A stretch of DNA of 64,000 nucleotides from Octopus sinensis (lineage: Eukaryota), in NCBI RefSeq assembly GCF_006345805.1, contig NC_042998.1:48050001-48114000 (forward strand), given 5' to 3'. Within the stretch, counting starts at the first letter, position 1; every line of letters begins with the position of its first letter. The notes beneath the pieces are model-generated. The model had not been told where the DNA came from. It saw only the letters and a program-made list of their open reading frames with translations, and ran no database searches. Of the stretch, positions 62,896-64,000 are shown one piece after another. The translations under genes were made by a program, and so were the position numbers.

Positions 62896-64000
62896 AACTC
62901 ATGCCCGAGCCTAGACATAATCTGAATAAGACATGATGGCCAAGAATGGAATACCTTCAGTCATAAACTTGTTCAACTGAGGTTGACATGCAACTAAAAA
63001 ATAACAACAACAACAAGACAATGACTGGTGCAAGTGTTTTGTCATATAAGAAAGTGTGATGGTTCCTTGGTTTACTGAACGACCTACATACATATTATTA
63101 TAATGGGCATGGTTAGTGTAGAGCTAGTCCCACTCATTCATCCTCCAAACTTGTATTGATTGCTCTGGTGTCACAAGTGCCATGAGCCCAATAGTTATCA
63201 GGATGCAGGATTTTTATGGAGTTACCTTCTCTTAGGTGTGCAGCTAAAGAGGTGAAGGACTTTATTGACACTGAATCTATTAGGGTGTCGGTGAATAATC
63301 TTCTTCCAGAGGCAATTTTGGGATATGATAATTAACTCATAGCTGAGACCCAGACAGGCACTACTACTCTGGGTCAGAGAAGACCCAGGAATAATAATGG
63401 CTAAGACACTTCTTAAAACACTGGAACTCCCAAACTAGGGCCCTACAACTAGATGCAGTTTAAAATCATACCCAAAACATATGGTCTTGCGATGCCTCTT
63501 TCGTTGTTCTTTCAACTCTTATTGTGGTTGACTTGACAAGAACTGAGCACAGAAACACATCAACATCATTTGTCAATTACAAATGAGAGTAATATACTAT
63601 GTCATGTTCATGTGAAGATCAGCGAAGGTCTGTGGTTGAGCATTTAGGGTACTGAGCCCACAGTCATAGGCTCAATTCCAAGACTGGATAGCAGATTGAT
63701 TGTATCCTTCAGTAAGACACTTCACTTCATGTTGCTCCAGTTCGTTCAGATGGAAATGAGTACTAGTTGCCAGCTATTGCAGCTCGTTCTCCTTTCAGCT
63801 ATCACATCCTCAATGTCCCTGCGGATGGCCAACGAGATGTCTATATCAGCTTGTGACTATATAGGCACCTAAAGTAGTTAGTGAAAGGACAGTACAAGCT
63901 ACAAGGTCAAACCTACTTGCAGGTGATGGATATAAGTTTATTTTTTTAATGTCATGACTGGCTTCAATGCTGGTGGCACATAAAAAGCACCAACCGATCG

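Overview
Repeat-dense, AT-rich eukaryotic DNA with one 100-N assembly gap (19483-19582). The SINE, RTE and Penelope families, long (TA)n tracts and (CA)/(TATG)/(TAA) microsatellites resemble a cephalopod (Octopus-like) genome; this is recognition, not a database result. I found no intact host protein-coding gene, and almost all short ORFs in the track are microsatellite or transposon translations. Supported content: a near full-length but disabled IR/DR-type Tc1 DD34E transposon (1371-2938); a compact Helitron carrying only the helicase C-terminus (10160-11711); a second non-autonomous Helitron nested in a piggyBac-like MITE; fragments of Tx1/L1, CR1-group and RTE LINEs, including two tail-to-tail RTEs, one with a higher-order repeat array in its 3' UTR; several MITE families; and many tRNA-derived SINEs. 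The most notable signal is a set of Penelope-like termini carrying minimal hammerhead-ribozyme motifs with palindromic stem III, including an apparently intact one with an unusually long stem II inside a fold-back element (22419-23111). CpG retention appears to drop after about 31 kb except for an island at about 51.9-53.2 kb that sits beside canonical minus-strand splice signals, suggesting an unannotated host gene body.
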